DNA of 64,000 bases from Escherichia coli. Lineage in GTDB: Bacteria; Pseudomonadota; Gammaproteobacteria; Enterobacterales; Enterobacteriaceae. How positions within the stretch are numbered: the stretch's first letter is position 1; each line of letters starts with the position of its first letter. This document shows positions 46,964-59,071 of this stretch, one piece after another. Below the pieces are notes generated by a model. The model had not been told where the DNA came from and did no database searches. It saw nothing but the letters and a program-made list of their open reading frames with translations. The stretch lies in assembly GCF_017348835.2 (NCBI RefSeq), contig NZ_CP071375.1; one strand, given 5' to 3'. The position numbers were made by a program, and so were the translations under genes.

Positions 46964-48156
46964 CAGATTTCCCCTCGTGCTTTCAAAATATCGTGAACGG
47001 TGAAGATGTCTTTATCGCCGCGACCGGAAAGGTTAACCACCAGTAGCTGCTCTTTTTCCGGGTTTTCGCGCATCATTTTCAGTGCATGGGCCAGCGCGTG
47101 GGAGGATTCCAGCGCCGGGATAATCCCTTCGTGCAGGCAGAGCGTTTTGAAGGCTTCCAGTGCTTCATCATCGGTAATTGACACGTAATCAGCGCGTCCA
47201 GTGCTGTTAAGATACGCGTGTTGCGGGCCGACGGACGGGAAATCCAGCCCGGCAGAAATGGAGTAAGATTCTTCAATCTGCCCATCTTCGGTTTGCATCA
47301 TCGGCGCTTTCATACCGAAATAGATACCCACGCGACCATGTTTTAACGGTGCGCCGTGCTCGCCAGTTTCGATACCGTGACCACCTGGCTCCACACCAAT
47401 CAGGCCGACGTTGGTTTCATTGATGAAATCAGCAAACATGCCGATGGCATTCGAACCGCCGCCAACACAGGCGATAACGGCATCCGGTAGGCGACCTTCT
47501 CTTTCCAGAATCTGCGCTTTGGTTTCTTCGCCAATCATCCGCTGAAACTCACGGACAATGGTCGGATAAGGATGTGGGCCAGCTGCGGTGCCCAGCATAT
47601 AGTGCGCAGTTTCATAACTGCCGGACCAGTCGCGTAGCGCCTCATTACAGGCATCTTTCAGCGTGGCGGAACCGCTATGTACCGGGATCACTTCCGCACC
47701 CATTAAGCGCATACGAAAAACGTTAGGCGACTGGCGTTCAACGTCTTTGGCACCCATATAAATACGGCATTTCAGGCCGAGCAGGGCGCTGGCAAGGGCC
47801 GACGCTACGCCATGCTGACCGGCACCGGTTTCGGCGATGATTTCGGTTTTACCCATCCGCTTCGCCAGTAAAGCCTGACCGAGCACCTGGTTAGTTTTAT
47901 GCGCGCCGCCGTGCAGCAAATCTTCGCGCTTCAGATACAGCGTGGTTTTCGTCCCAGCCGTAATGTTCTGGCATTTGGTCAGTGCGGTTGGACGCCCGGC
48001 ATAGTTTTTCAGTAGGTCGTTGAACTGGGCTTGAAATTCAGGATCTTTTTGCGCGCTGACAAAAGCTTCTTCCAGCTGGCGCAGAGCAGGCATCAGGATT
48101 TGTGGCACGTACATGCCGCCAAACTCACCAAAATAGGGGTTAAGTAATGTTGTCAT
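46963..48156 (-). CDS. trpB: Tryptophan synthase beta subunit, 397 aa
   Basis: Protein and synteny; 1-nt overlap with trpA. Confidence 0.95.
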
Positions 48157-48167
48157 TGTTCCTTTCC

Positions 48168-49529
48168 TTAATATGCGCGCAGCGTCTGGAAAACCGAGGC
48201 CAAAAGACGTGCGTCTTTGATGCCCGGTTGCGACTCTACAGCAGAATTAAAATCAAGTCCGGCGCAGCCGGTTTGTGCCGCTTCCACGCAGTTATCTGCG
48301 CCTAAGCCCCCCGCCAGCAGAACGTTGCCAAGCGATTGACCGTTTAACAGTGACCAGTCGAAACGTTGCCCGCTTCCACCCTGGCCGTTGTCTAAAACAT
48401 ATTTATCAACGTGCTGAAGCTCGCGGGCGGGCAGGGTTTCACCGACGCTTAATGCTTTCCAGATGGCAACGTGTGCTGGCAGAGCTTCACGCAGCGTATC
48501 GATATACAGCTGATCTTCATTACCATGCAGTTGCACTGCCGCCAGCGATAACACCTTAGCTTTGTCCACCACCTCGGCAATATCGTGATTGCGGAACACG
48601 CCAACATACTGCAACGGTGCCGCAGCCATCACTTCCTGCGCCTGTTCAACGTTGACGCAACGCGGTGATGTCGCAACAAAAATCAACCCACCGTAAATCG
48701 CGCCCGCGTCATAAGCTGCTTTAGCATCTTGCCCACGCGTCAGGCCACATACTTTATTCTCACCCAGCAATACCCGGCGCACGGCGGCGTGCAAATCGTC
48801 ATGGGCCATCAACGCCGAACCAATCAGAAAACCGTTAGCGAAGTGGCTTAACTCGCGCACCTGAGCGTAAGTATTGATGCCTGATTCGCTGATTACCGTC
48901 ACGTTGTGCCCCAGTTTCGGCGCAAGCTCGCGGGTACGGTTGAGATCAATCGACAAATCACGCAGATCGCGGTTGTTGATGCCAACGACCTTTGCCCCCA
49001 ATGCAATGGCGCGCTCCAGTTCCTCTTCATTACTGACTTCGGTCAGCACCCCCATCTCCAGACTGTGAGCGACGGCTGCAAGCTGGCGATATTGGTCGTC
49101 ATCCAGTACTGAAAGCATTAATAAGCAGGCATCGGCCTGGTAATAGCGCGCCAGATAGATCTGGTAAGGGTCGATAATGAAGTCTTTACACAAAATCGGC
49201 TGTGGCGCGATTTGGCTGACGATGGGGAGAAAATCAAAGCTTCCCTGGAAATATTTCTCGTCAGTCAGCACCGAAATTGCCGAAGCGTAATTTCTGTAGA
49301 CGGTTGCAATGCGTGCCGGATCGAAATCATCACGGATCACGCCTTTTGACGGCGACGCTTTCTTGCACTCCAGAATAAACGCCGTGCGCGCACCCTGTAG
49401 CGCATCATAAAAATGTCGCGTGCTCGGCTGAACCTCATTCTGAAAACTGGCCAGCGGTTGCTGCTGTTTGCGGGCTTCTACCCAAATCGCCTTGTCTGCG
49501 ACGATTTTCGCTAAAACGGTTTGCATCAT
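48168..49529 (-). CDS. trpC: Bifunctional indole-3-glycerol-phosphate synthase / phosphoribosylanthranilate isomerase, 453 aa
   Basis: Protein and synteny. Confidence 0.95.
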   Translation of the reverse strand: MMQTVLAKIVADKAIWVEARKQQQPLASFQNEVQPSTRHFYDALQGARTAFILECKKASPSKGVIRDDFDPARIATVYRNYASAISVLTDEKYFQGSFDFLPIVSQIAPQPILCKDFIIDPYQIYLARYYQADACLLMLSVLDDDQYRQLAAVAHSLEMGVLTEVSNEEELERAIALGAKVVGINNRDLRDLSIDLNRTRELAPKLGHNVTVISESGINTYAQVRELSHFANGFLIGSALMAHDDLHAAVRRVLLGENKVCGLTRGQDAKAAYDAGAIYGGLIFVATSPRCVNVEQAQEVMAAAPLQYVGVFRNHDIAEVVDKAKVLSLAAVQLHGNEDQLYIDTLREALPAHVAIWKALSVGETLPARELQHVDKYVLDNGQGGSGQRFDWSLLNGQSLGNVLLAGGLGADNCVEAAQTGCAGLDFNSAVESQPGIKDARLLASVFQTLRAY

Positions 49530-51125
49530 TTACCCTCGTGCCGCCAGTGCGGTGACTCTGTCGTAAGCGGAACCACTGCGCAGTACCTCAAGAACGGTTT
49601 GCGCATTGGCTTGCAGATCTTCATGGCCATGCAGGCGCATTAACATGGCGACATTCGCAGCGACGGCTGCTTCATGGGCGGCGTCGCCTTTACCTTGTAA
49701 CAAACGTGTTAAAATGTCACGGTTTTCTTCCGGTGTTCCGCCTGCCAGTTGCTCCTGGTGGTAGGGCGTCAGGCCAAAATCTTCAGCGGTCAATTGATAG
49801 CTCTTAATTTCGCCGTCATGCAGCTCGGCAACGATTGTCGGCGCGTGTAATGAAACTTCATCCATCCCGCCGCTGTGCACCACCGCCGCGCGTTGATACC
49901 CCAGCACGCGCAAGGTTTCGGCAATCGGCAGCACCAGTTCCGGACTATAAACACCAATTAACGCCAGCGGCGGATGCGCCGGGTTAATCAATGGCCCCAG
50001 CACATTGAACAGGGTGCGGGTTTTCAGTTGCTGGCGAACCGGCATCGCGTGGCGGAATCCGGTGTGATACTTCGGCGCAAAGAGGAAACAAACACCTAAC
50101 TCATCCAGCGCCTGGCGCGATTTATCGGCGTTCATATCAAGATTAATACCGAACGCCGCCAGCAGATCGGACGAACCAGATTTACTGGAGACGCTACGGT
50201 TGCCGTGTTTCGCCACTTTCAGCCCACAGGCCGCGGCGACAAACGCACTGGCGGTAGAAATATTGATACTGTTGCTGCCGTCACCGCCAGTACCGACGAT
50301 ATCAGCAAACAGATAATCCGGGCGCGGGAACGGCGCTGCGTTTTCCAGTAGCGCGGTTGCTGCCCCGGCGATCTCGTTCGGGTGCTCGCCGCGAATTTTC
50401 ATGCTCACCAGCGCCGCCGCCAGTTGTTCCGGCTTCAGCTCGCCACGCACCACCGCTGAAAACAGCTGGTGACTTTCTTGTTGGCTAAGCGTCTGCGCCT
50501 GATACAGTTTTTCCAGAATCGGTTGCAGCGTGTTGGCTGGCTCTAGTTTCTGCTGCGCCCAGGCCAGCGTTTGTTCCAGCAGGCGAGCACCTTGGGTAGT
50601 AAGAATGGACTCTGGATGAAACTGGAAACCGCAAACGCGATCTGCATCGTGACGCACCGCCATCACCATGCCATTAAAATGGGCGTTGATGGTTAAACCT
50701 GCCGGAATGTTACTGCCAACCAGCGAGTGATAACGCGCCACCGGCAGCGGGTTTGTTAATCCGGCAAACATCGCCTGACCGTCATGTTCAATGCTCGACG
50801 CTTTACCGTGGAGAATTTCGCCCGCCTGACCGACATAGCCCCCGTAAGCTTCGACAATCGCCTGATGACCAAGGCAAATGCCAATAATAGGCAGCTTACC
50901 GCGCAGGCGGGTAAGCAGTTCAGGCATACAACCGGCTTCGCTCGGCACACCGGGTCCAGGAGAAAGCATCAGCACCGGATTGCTCATCGTCGCCAGGCGT
51001 TCAATTAAGGTCTGCGCCGGAATATGGTTGCGGTAAATCACCACGTTATGCCCATTGCTGCGCAACTGATCTGCCAGGTTGTACGTAAAAGAGTCGATAT
51101 TATCGAGCAGCAGAATGTCAGCCAT
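49530..51125 (-). CDS. trpD: Anthranilate synthase component II / anthranilate phosphoribosyltransferase, 531 aa
   Basis: Protein and synteny. Confidence 0.95.
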   Translation of the reverse strand: MADILLLDNIDSFTYNLADQLRSNGHNVVIYRNHIPAQTLIERLATMSNPVLMLSPGPGVPSEAGCMPELLTRLRGKLPIIGICLGHQAIVEAYGGYVGQAGEILHGKASSIEHDGQAMFAGLTNPLPVARYHSLVGSNIPAGLTINAHFNGMVMAVRHDADRVCGFQFHPESILTTQGARLLEQTLAWAQQKLEPANTLQPILEKLYQAQTLSQQESHQLFSAVVRGELKPEQLAAALVSMKIRGEHPNEIAGAATALLENAAPFPRPDYLFADIVGTGGDGSNSINISTASAFVAAACGLKVAKHGNRSVSSKSGSSDLLAAFGINLDMNADKSRQALDELGVCFLFAPKYHTGFRHAMPVRQQLKTRTLFNVLGPLINPAHPPLALIGVYSPELVLPIAETLRVLGYQRAAVVHSGGMDEVSLHAPTIVAELHDGEIKSYQLTAEDFGLTPYHQEQLAGGTPEENRDILTRLLQGKGDAAHEAAVAANVAMLMRLHGHEDLQANAQTVLEVLRSGSAYDRVTALAARG

Positions 51126-52687
51126 CAGAAAGTCTCCTGTGCATGATGCGCGGTGGCAATAGCGCGCAGTACAGCGCGGGCTTTATTACGGGTTTCGTCG
51201 GCTTCCGACTGCGGAACAGAATCAAGGACTACGCCAGCACCGGCTTGCACGGTAGCGATACCGTTTTCCACCAGCGCCGAGCGGATCACAATGCAGGTGT
51301 CGAGATCGCCATGCGCGGTGAAATAACCTACCGCGCCGCCGTAGCTGCCGCGGCGACGACCTTCAGCTTCGGCAATTAACTGCATAGCGCGTACTTTCGG
51401 CGCACCGCTTAACGTACCCATATTCATACAGGCGCGGTAAGCGTGTAGGGCGTCGAGATCGTGGCGCAGCTCACCGACCACGCGGGAGACCAGGTGCATC
51501 ACGTAAGAGTAACGGTCAACTTTGGTGAGGTCGGCGACGTAGCGGCTGCCGGGGGTGCAAATGCGTGCCAGATCATTACGGGCGAGATCCACCAGCATCA
51601 GATGTTCAGAAAGCTCTTTATGATCGGTACGCATTTCCAGTTCGATGCGGCTGTCGAGGTCTCTGTCCAGCGAGCCATCGGCGCGACGACCGCGCGGTCG
51701 TGTTCCGGCAATCGGGTAGATCTCAATCTGGCGGCTGGTGGCGTCATACTTGAGCGAACTTTCCGGCGACGCGCCAAACAGGGTGAAATCATTATCCTGC
51801 ATAAAAAACATGTACGGGCTGGGATTACTCTTTTTCAGCACGTAATAGGCCGCCAGCGGTGACGGGCAGGGCAGAGAGAAACGGCGAGATGGCACCACCT
51901 GGAAAATTTCTCCAGCGCGAATCGCTTTTTGCAACAAACGCACTACGCCACCGAACTCTTCATCGCTCTGGTTACATTCACAACGCATATGCGGCACGGA
52001 AACCACCGGCAGCGGTGGCGCGGTTTCGGTCAGTTGCTGGCGAAGATCGTTCAGGCGAGCAGTGAGACGTTGTTTTTCTTCTTCATTCGGAGCAAACAGG
52101 CTGGCCTGAATGCGGGTGCTTTTTTTCTGATGGTCAATCACCATCAGCGTTTCAGCGAGATAAAAACAGAAATCAGGGCAGTTATTTTCCGCTGACAGTT
52201 GCGGTAAATCTTCAAACCCCGCCACAAGGTCATAAGAGAACAGGCCGCCGAAGAACATGGCTTCTCGTTCTTCCTTCGGTACATTCAACAGATTCTGCAA
52301 TAAGCGGAAAGCGTCAAAAACCGAAAGGGAGCATAAGCGAGCGTCTTCATCCAGCAGTGGACTAACAGGGGGGAAGCGCAGCACACGGCAGTTTGGTAAT
52401 TGTTCATTTTCCACACCCGCAGGCAGGGCGTTATCCAGTAGTGTCAGCAGGGCTTCGCCGTTGCCGGAAAGGGACTGGATTGTGACAGTGTCACCTAAAG
52501 CTGTAATGCGTAGCGCACTGTCTACCAGCAGCAGGCTTTTTAAATCATCTTTGCTGTCGATATCTGCGGATTCCAGCAGCAGCGTTGCCGGACGATCCTC
52601 ACACAATTGGTGAAAAAGCGCGGTGGGATTGTCGCGATAAGCGCCTTCGCAGGTTAGCAGTTCGAGAGTCGGTTTTTGTGTTTGCAT
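51125..52687 (-). CDS. trpE: Anthranilate synthase component I, 520 aa
   Basis: Protein and synteny; 1-nt overlap with trpD. Confidence 0.95.
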   Translation of the reverse strand: MQTQKPTLELLTCEGAYRDNPTALFHQLCEDRPATLLLESADIDSKDDLKSLLLVDSALRITALGDTVTIQSLSGNGEALLTLLDNALPAGVENEQLPNCRVLRFPPVSPLLDEDARLCSLSVFDAFRLLQNLLNVPKEEREAMFFGGLFSYDLVAGFEDLPQLSAENNCPDFCFYLAETLMVIDHQKKSTRIQASLFAPNEEEKQRLTARLNDLRQQLTETAPPLPVVSVPHMRCECNQSDEEFGGVVRLLQKAIRAGEIFQVVPSRRFSLPCPSPLAAYYVLKKSNPSPYMFFMQDNDFTLFGASPESSLKYDATSRQIEIYPIAGTRPRGRRADGSLDRDLDSRIELEMRTDHKELSEHLMLVDLARNDLARICTPGSRYVADLTKVDRYSYVMHLVSRVVGELRHDLDALHAYRACMNMGTLSGAPKVRAMQLIAEAEGRRRGSYGGAVGYFTAHGDLDTCIVIRSALVENGIATVQAGAGVVLDSVPQSEADETRNKARAVLRAIATAHHAQETF

Positions 52688-52707
52688 TGTTATTCTCTAA
52701 TTTTGTT

Positions 52708-52738
52708 CAAAAAAAAGCCCGCTCATTAGGCGGGCTGG
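52708..52738 (-). terminator. trp attenuator (3:4 terminator hairpin AGCCCGCCTAATGAGCGGGCT + T8)
   Basis: Read directly on the minus strand between trpL and trpE. Confidence 0.9.
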
Positions 52739-52779
52739 GTATCTGATTGCTTTACGCATGGTGAATACACTGCCCGTTT

Positions 52780-52824
52780 CAGGAAGTGCGCCACCAAGCT
52801 TTCAGTACGAAAATTGCTTTCATT
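52780..52824 (-). CDS. trpL: trp leader peptide [14 protein letters not shown] with tandem Trp codons
   Basis: Exact 14-codon ORF read on the minus strand. Confidence 0.95.
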
Positions 52825-52845
52825 GTCGATACCCTTTTTACGTGA

Positions 52846-52886
52846 ACTTGCGTACTAGTTAACTAGTTCAATGATTAATTGTCAAC
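52846..52886 (-). promoter_or_regulatory. trp promoter and TrpR operator (-35 TTGACA at 52881-52886, -10 TTAACT at 52858-52863, operator palindrome ACTAGTTAACTAGT)
   Basis: Hexamers with 17-bp spacer and the operator palindrome read directly. Confidence 0.9.
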
Positions 52887-52960
52887 AGCTCATTTCAGAA
52901 TATTTGCCAGAACCGTTATGATGTCGGCGCAAAAAACATTATCCAGAACGGGAGTGCGCC

Positions 52961-53842
52961 TTGAGCGACACGAATTACGCAGTGATTTACGACCTGCACA
53001 GCCATACCACAGCTTCCGATGGCTGCCTGACGCCAGAAGCATTGGTGCACCGTGCAGTCGAGATGCGCGTCGGCACCCTGGCGATCACCGACCATGACAC
53101 CACAGCTGCAATCGCGCCAGCAAGAGAGGAAATTTCACGTTCGGGACTGGCGCTGAATCTTATTCCCGGCGTGGAAATTTCCACGGTCTGGGAAAATCAT
53201 GAAATTCATATTGTCGGGCTGAATATTGATATTACTCATCCGCTAATGTGTGAGTTCCTCGCGCAGCAGACAGAACGGCGCAATCAGCGGGCGCAGCTAA
53301 TTGCCGAAAGACTTGAAAAAGCGCAAATACCTGGGGCGCTGGAAGGCGCGCAACGACTGGCGCAGGGCGGCGCGGTGACGCGCGGTCATTTTGCGCGTTT
53401 CCTTGTGGAGTGCGGCAAAGCCAGTTCAATGGCGGATGTCTTTAAAAAGTATCTGGCGCGCGGGAAAACCGGATACGTTCCGCCACAGTGGTGTACAATA
53501 GAACAAGCTATTGATGTCATTCATCATTCTGGCGGTAAGGCGGTGCTAGCTCATCCTGGGCGGTACAATCTTAGTGCTAAATGGCTGAAAAGATTGGTTG
53601 CGCATTTTGCCGAACACCACGGCGACGCGATGGAAGTCGCGCAGTGCCAGCAATCGCCCAATGAACGCACCCAGCTGGCGACACTTGCGCGTCAGCATCA
53701 TTTATGGGCATCACAAGGATCTGATTTTCATCAGCCATGCCCGTGGATCGAACTGGGTCGTAAACTCTGGCTGCCCGCAGGCGTTGAAGGCGTCTGGCAG
53801 CTATGGGAACAGCCGCAGAACACCACAGAGAGGGAATTATGA
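52961..53842 (+). CDS. yciV: PHP-domain 5'-3' exoribonuclease YciV/TrpH (RNase AM), 293 aa
   Basis: HSHTTASDG PHP motif; synteny. Confidence 0.88.
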   Translation: MSDTNYAVIYDLHSHTTASDGCLTPEALVHRAVEMRVGTLAITDHDTTAAIAPAREEISRSGLALNLIPGVEISTVWENHEIHIVGLNIDITHPLMCEFLAQQTERRNQRAQLIAERLEKAQIPGALEGAQRLAQGGAVTRGHFARFLVECGKASSMADVFKKYLARGKTGYVPPQWCTIEQAIDVIHHSGGKAVLAHPGRYNLSAKWLKRLVAHFAEHHGDAMEVAQCQQSPNERTQLATLARQHHLWASQGSDFHQPCPWIELGRKLWLPAGVEGVWQLWEQPQNTTEREL

Positions 53843-54459
53843 GCCAGTTTTTTTATATTCATCCTGATAACCCACAGCAACGTCTGATCAACCAGGCGGT
53901 GGAGATCGTGCGTAAAGGCGGGGTGATTGTTTATCCAACCGATTCCGGCTATGCGCTTGGCTGTAAAATTGAAGATAAAAACGCGATGGAGCGTATTTGT
54001 CGTATTCGCCAACTGCCGGACGGTCACAACTTTACCCTGATGTGTCGCGATCTTTCTGAACTCTCGACCTATTCATTTGTGGATAACGTTGCGTTTCGTT
54101 TGATGAAAAACAACACGCCGGGTAACTACACTTTTATCCTGAAAGGGACGAAAGAAGTGCCACGCCGTCTGTTGCAGGAAAAACGCAAAACCATCGGTAT
54201 GCGTGTGCCTTCTAACCCGATTGCGCAGGCGTTGCTTGAAGCATTGGGCGAACCGATGCTTTCCACTTCGCTAATGCTGCCAGGCAGCGAATTTACCGAA
54301 TCCGATCCGGAAGAAATTAAAGACCGTCTGGAAAAACAGGTGGATTTGATCATTCACGGCGGCTATCTCGGTCAGAAACCGACAACGGTTATCGATCTTA
54401 CCGATGATACGCCAGTCGTGGTGCGTGAAGGCGTAGGTGATGTGAAGCCTTTCTTATAA
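53839..54459 (+). CDS. yciO: YrdC/Sua5-family protein YciO, 206 aa
   Basis: Start set at the ATG giving MSQFFYIHPDNPQQ; 4-nt overlap with yciV. Confidence 0.85.
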   Translation: MSQFFYIHPDNPQQRLINQAVEIVRKGGVIVYPTDSGYALGCKIEDKNAMERICRIRQLPDGHNFTLMCRDLSELSTYSFVDNVAFRLMKNNTPGNYTFILKGTKEVPRRLLQEKRKTIGMRVPSNPIAQALLEALGEPMLSTSLMLPGSEFTESDPEEIKDRLEKQVDLIIHGGYLGQKPTTVIDLTDDTPVVVREGVGDVKPFL

Positions 54460-54486
54460 TAAATTGCGTTCCACGGATGGAAGACT

Positions 54487-56382
54487 ATGGCAGGGAAGTT
54501 TCGCTGCATTTTGCTGTTGATAGCAGGGCTGTTTGTATCATCTCTAAGTTATGCAGAAAACACGGAGATCCCTTCTTATGAAGAAGGGATCTCGCTCTTT
54601 GATGTTGAAGCCACTCTGCAACCGGATGGGGTGCTCGACATCAAAGAAAATATTCATTTTCAGGCGCGAAATCAGCAGATTAAGCACGGATTTTATCGTG
54701 ATTTACCACGACTCTGGATGCAGCCTGATGGGGACGCTGCACTGCTGAACTATCATATTGTTGGCGTCACCCGTGATGGTATTCCTGAACCCTGGCATCA
54801 TGACTGGCATATCGGGTTAATGAGTATTGTCGTGGGCGATAAACAACGTTTCTTGCCTCAAGGCGACTATCATTATCAAATTCATTATCAGGTTAAAAAT
54901 GCTTTCCTGCGTGAGGGAGATTCAGATCTGTTAATCTGGAACGTGACTGGTAACCACTGGCCGTTTGAAATCTATAAGACCCGATTTTCACTCAAGTTCC
55001 CTGATATCGCGGGTAATCCATTTAGCGAAATCGATCTCTTTACTGGAGAAGAGGGCGACACATATCGAAATGGCCGCATCCTTGAGGACGGAAGAATTGA
55101 ATCCCGCGATCCGTTTTATCGTGAAGATTTCACGGTACTCTACCGCTGGCCTCACGCTTTACTTAGCAATGCCCCGGCTCCACAAACGACGAATATTTTC
55201 AGCCATCTTCTTTTACCCTCCACGTCATCGTTGTTAATTTGGTTTCCGTGTCTGTTCCTGGTTTGTGGATGGTTATATCTCTGGAAGCGCAGGCCGCAAT
55301 TTACGCCAGTAGATGTAATTGAAACCGATGTCATTCCGCCAGATTACACGCCCGGCATGTTACGTCTCGATGCGAAGCTGGTTTACGACGATAAAGGTTT
55401 TTGCGCCGATATCGTAAATCTGATTGTGAAAGGAAAAATTCATCTGGAAGACCTGTATGACAAGAACCAGCAAACCCTGATTCGTGTTAATGAAGGCGCG
55501 ACCAGAAATAATGAGGTATTACTGCCCGCAGAGCAGTTATTACTGGAAGCGTTATTTCGTAAAGGCGATAAGGTCGTTCTTACGGGGAGACGCAACAGAG
55601 TCTTACGTAGGGCATTTTTACGGATGCAGAAATTTTATCTGCCGCGTAAAAAGTCTTCGTTTTACCGGCCTGATACGTTTTTGCAATGGGGTGGACTGGC
55701 AATATTGGCGGTCATTCTCTACGGTAACCTGAGTCCTGTAGGCTGGGCAGGAATGAGTCTGGTGGGCGATATGTTTATTATGATCTGCTGGCTTCTTCCT
55801 TTTTTATTTTGTTCCCTTGAGCTTTTGTTTGCCCGCGATGATGACAAGCCTTGCGTTAATCGTGTAATCATCACTTTGTTTTTACCGCTGATTTGTTCAG
55901 GCGTGGCCTTTTATTCTCTCTATATCAATGTCGGAGATGTATTCTTTTACTGGTATATGCCAGCGGGTTATTTTAGCGCTGTTTTCCTGACCGGTTATCT
56001 CACTGGTATGGGGTATATTTTTCTGCCAAAGTTTACCCAAACTGGGCAGCAACGTTATGCCCACGGTGAAGCTATCGTTAACTATCTTGCGCGTAAAGAG
56101 GCGGCAACACACAGTGGGCGGCGGCGGAAAGGGGAAACACGGAAACTGGATTACGCGTTGCTAGGTTGGGCTGTCTCAGCAAACCTTGGAAGAGAATGGG
56201 TAGCACGTATCACCCCATCACTCACAGCGGCTGTTAGCTCCCCGGAAATTGCCCGTAGTGGCGTTTTGTTCTCATTACAGATGCACCTGAGTCTGGGGGC
56301 CAATACCAGTTTGTTGGGGCGAAGTTATTCCGGTGGTGGTGCTGGCGGCGGCGCGGGTGGCGGAGGCGGTGGTGGCTGGTAA
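54487..56382 (+). CDS. yciQ: DUF2207 membrane protein YciQ, 631 aa, with a Gly-rich C-terminal tail
   Basis: Signal-like N-terminus, several hydrophobic segments, C-terminal GGGAGGGAGGGGGGGW. Confidence 0.85.
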   Translation: MAGKFRCILLLIAGLFVSSLSYAENTEIPSYEEGISLFDVEATLQPDGVLDIKENIHFQARNQQIKHGFYRDLPRLWMQPDGDAALLNYHIVGVTRDGIPEPWHHDWHIGLMSIVVGDKQRFLPQGDYHYQIHYQVKNAFLREGDSDLLIWNVTGNHWPFEIYKTRFSLKFPDIAGNPFSEIDLFTGEEGDTYRNGRILEDGRIESRDPFYREDFTVLYRWPHALLSNAPAPQTTNIFSHLLLPSTSSLLIWFPCLFLVCGWLYLWKRRPQFTPVDVIETDVIPPDYTPGMLRLDAKLVYDDKGFCADIVNLIVKGKIHLEDLYDKNQQTLIRVNEGATRNNEVLLPAEQLLLEALFRKGDKVVLTGRRNRVLRRAFLRMQKFYLPRKKSSFYRPDTFLQWGGLAILAVILYGNLSPVGWAGMSLVGDMFIMICWLLPFLFCSLELLFARDDDKPCVNRVIITLFLPLICSGVAFYSLYINVGDVFFYWYMPAGYFSAVFLTGYLTGMGYIFLPKFTQTGQQRYAHGEAIVNYLARKEAATHSGRRRKGETRKLDYALLGWAVSANLGREWVARITPSLTAAVSSPEIARSGVLFSLQMHLSLGANTSLLGRSYSGGGAGGGAGGGGGGGW

Positions 56383-56594
56383 TTAAGCTGATGTTAATCG
56401 AAACAAGCTTTAACCATAAAGATAGTGTAGTATGTTGCGCCTCAAAGCCAGGCCAGTTAAAACGTCGAGTCGTTTAATTAAGGCCTGAAGAGTTCAAACA
56501 GACTTTACTATCAGTGAGTCAGATGTAAGTTCTGACTCACTGTTGCACAAAAGCATATCAGACGCCTGGGAAGGCGACACCAAAAGGAAGCTCT

Positions 56595-57467
56595 ATGAGC
56601 GAAAAGCTACAGAAAGTGCTGGCGCGTGCCGGCCACGGTTCTCGCCGTGAAATCGAATCTATTATTGAAGCCGGTCGTGTGAGTGTTGATGGCAAAATTG
56701 CTAAACTCGGCGATCGCGTTGAAGTTACCCCTGGATTGAAAATCCGTATCGATGGTCACCTGATTTCGGTACGTGAGTCCGCTGAACAAATTTGTCGCGT
56801 TCTGGCCTATTACAAACCGGAAGGTGAGTTGTGTACCCGTAACGATCCGGAAGGACGTCCAACGGTGTTTGACCGTCTGCCAAAACTGCGCGGCGCACGC
56901 TGGATTGCCGTGGGTCGCTTGGACGTTAATACCTGTGGTCTGCTGCTGTTCACCACCGATGGTGAACTGGCAAACCGTTTAATGCATCCAAGCCGTGAAG
57001 TTGAACGTGAATATGCCGTGCGTGTATTTGGTCAGGTTGACGACGCGAAACTGCGTGATTTGAGTCGTGGCGTGCAGTTGGAAGATGGTCCGGCAGCTTT
57101 TAAAACCATCAAGTTCAGCGGCGGCGAAGGGATCAACCAGTGGTACAACGTGACTCTGACCGAAGGCCGTAACCGTGAAGTTCGTCGACTGTGGGAAGCG
57201 GTTGGTGTGCAGGTGAGCCGCCTGATCCGTGTTCGTTACGGTGATATCCCACTGCCAAAAGGTCTGCCACGCGGTGGCTGGACGGAGCTGGACCTCGCCC
57301 AGACTAACTATCTGCGCGAACTGGTGGAGCTACCGCCAGAAACCAGCTCTAAAGTCGCTGTAGAAAAAGACCGTCGTCGCATGAAGGCGAATCAGATTCG
57401 TCGTGCGGTGAAACGTCACAGTCAGGTGAGCGGCGGTCGTCGTTCTGGCGGGCGTAATAGCGGTTAA
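56595..57467 (+). CDS. rluB: 23S rRNA pseudouridine(2605) synthase RluB
   Basis: S4 domain N-terminus; synteny. Confidence 0.88.
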   Translation: MSEKLQKVLARAGHGSRREIESIIEAGRVSVDGKIAKLGDRVEVTPGLKIRIDGHLISVRESAEQICRVLAYYKPEGELCTRNDPEGRPTVFDRLPKLRGARWIAVGRLDVNTCGLLLFTTDGELANRLMHPSREVEREYAVRVFGQVDDAKLRDLSRGVQLEDGPAAFKTIKFSGGEGINQWYNVTLTEGRNREVRRLWEAVGVQVSRLIRVRYGDIPLPKGLPRGGWTELDLAQTNYLRELVELPPETSSKVAVEKDRRRMKANQIRRAVKRHSQVSGGRRSGGRNSG

Positions 57468-57473
57468 TCAAAG

Positions 57474-57501
57474 TATGCCGGACGTCATATCCGGCATTTT
57501 T
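57474..57501 (+). terminator. Rho-independent terminator after rluB
   Basis: ATGCCGGACGTCATATCCGGCAT + T5. Confidence 0.6.
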
Positions 57502-57506
57502 ACAGA

Positions 57507-58097
57507 TTAATAATCGATCCCTATCTGCGCTTTTACACCGGCATCAAACGCATGTTTGATGGGGCGCAGCTCACTCACCGTATCCGCCAGTTCAAGAATA
57601 TCCCGATGACAGCCTCGACCCGTGATAATCACCGTCTGTTGATGTGGACGTTCATTTAACGCCTGCAACACTTCTTCCAGTGGCAAATAGTCATACGCCA
57701 CCATATATGTCAGCTCATCGAGCAAAACCATATCCAGTGAGGAATCAGCAAGCATCCGCTTTGCATGTTGCCAGACTTCGCGGCAGGCGGCGGTATCAGA
57801 CTCGCGGTTTTGTGTATCCCAGGTAAAGCCCGTTGCCATCACCTGAAACTCAACGCCATGTGGCTCCAGCAGATTGCGTTCGCCATTAGGCCAGGTGCCT
57901 TTAATAAACTGCACGACGCCCACTTTTTTTCCGTGACCAACTGCGCGTGTTGCCGTACCAAATGCCGCGGTGGTTTTGCCTTTTCCATTGCCGGTAAAGA
58001 CGATGATAATACCGCGTTCATCCTGGGCCTGGGCCACACGAGCATCTACTTTTTCTTTCACTCGCTGCTGACGCTGTTGGTAGCGTTCATCACTCAT
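57507..58097 (-). CDS. btuR: Cob(I)yrinic acid a,c-diamide adenosyltransferase, 196 aa
   Basis: Protein and synteny. Confidence 0.9.
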   Translation of the reverse strand: MSDERYQQRQQRVKEKVDARVAQAQDERGIIIVFTGNGKGKTTAAFGTATRAVGHGKKVGVVQFIKGTWPNGERNLLEPHGVEFQVMATGFTWDTQNRESDTAACREVWQHAKRMLADSSLDMVLLDELTYMVAYDYLPLEEVLQALNERPHQQTVIITGRGCHRDILELADTVSELRPIKHAFDAGVKAQIGIDY

Positions 58098-58852
58098 TGG
58101 GAAATTCCTGGTTTACGGCCCGGTTGGGCGTCAAAGGTCATGCCGGTTTTACGGCGGCTGTCATCGCCCATCAGCCAGAGGTAGAGCGGCATGATATCAG
58201 CGGGTGTTTTAAGTTTCTGTGGATCTTCGGTCGGGAAGGCGCTGGCACGCATTGCGGTGCGCGTACCGCCTGGGTTAATGCAGTTGACGCGCAGGCGCTG
58301 CTGATATTCATCGGCCAGTACCTGCATCATCCCTTCGGTGGCAAATTTCGACGCTGCATATGCACCCCAGTTGGCTCGTCCCTGACGTCCAACGCTTGAT
58401 GAAGTAAAGACCAGTGAACCGGCGTCCGATTTGAGTAATAAAGGAAGCAGTGCCTGGGTGAGCATAAAGGTGGCATTAACGTTGACCTGCATGACGTCCT
58501 GCCAGACCTGTGGATTTTGTTCGCTCATTGGACAAACATCGCCGAGCAATCCGGCATTATGCAAAACACCATCCAGACGCGGATAATTAACGGCAATGCG
58601 CTGTGCCAGTTGTTGGCAATCTTCGGACCTGCAGGTCAGCAAATCGAGAATAAACCACTGTGGCTGACGCCCAGTTTCTTCGTTTATGTGGCTGGCTACC
58701 TGACGTAATTTTTCTTCATTACGGCCCAACAGAATCACTGTCGCACCATAGCGTGCATACGTCATCGCGGCTTCACGACCAATACCATCACTGGCTCCCG
58801 TCACCAGGATAATGCGATCATTGAGTAAATCTTGTTTTGGCTGGTAATGCAT
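58094..58852 (-). CDS. folM: Short-chain dehydrogenase YciK / FolM (dihydromonapterin reductase), 252 aa
   Basis: TGASDGIG Rossmann motif; 4-nt overlap with btuR. Confidence 0.88.
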   Translation of the reverse strand: MHYQPKQDLLNDRIILVTGASDGIGREAAMTYARYGATVILLGRNEEKLRQVASHINEETGRQPQWFILDLLTCRSEDCQQLAQRIAVNYPRLDGVLHNAGLLGDVCPMSEQNPQVWQDVMQVNVNATFMLTQALLPLLLKSDAGSLVFTSSSVGRQGRANWGAYAASKFATEGMMQVLADEYQQRLRVNCINPGGTRTAMRASAFPTEDPQKLKTPADIMPLYLWLMGDDSRRKTGMTFDAQPGRKPGISQ

Positions 58853-59071
58853 GGCTACTCCTCAACGACGTTGTCTGTCGCGCTGCCAGTGTACTTTATG
58901 ACTTTGGGGCTTTATGCCTGAAACAGAAGGGCATTTCAATCAGCCTGGGGCGATAACACCGCAAAATGGATACTTTGTCATACTTTCGCTGCAATAACAT
59001 CTCTGCGAGACGGCTTAACATGCCTGTTGTAAACTGTGAGCCAAAGCGTTGTTTAACCAAGGTGGGGACTC

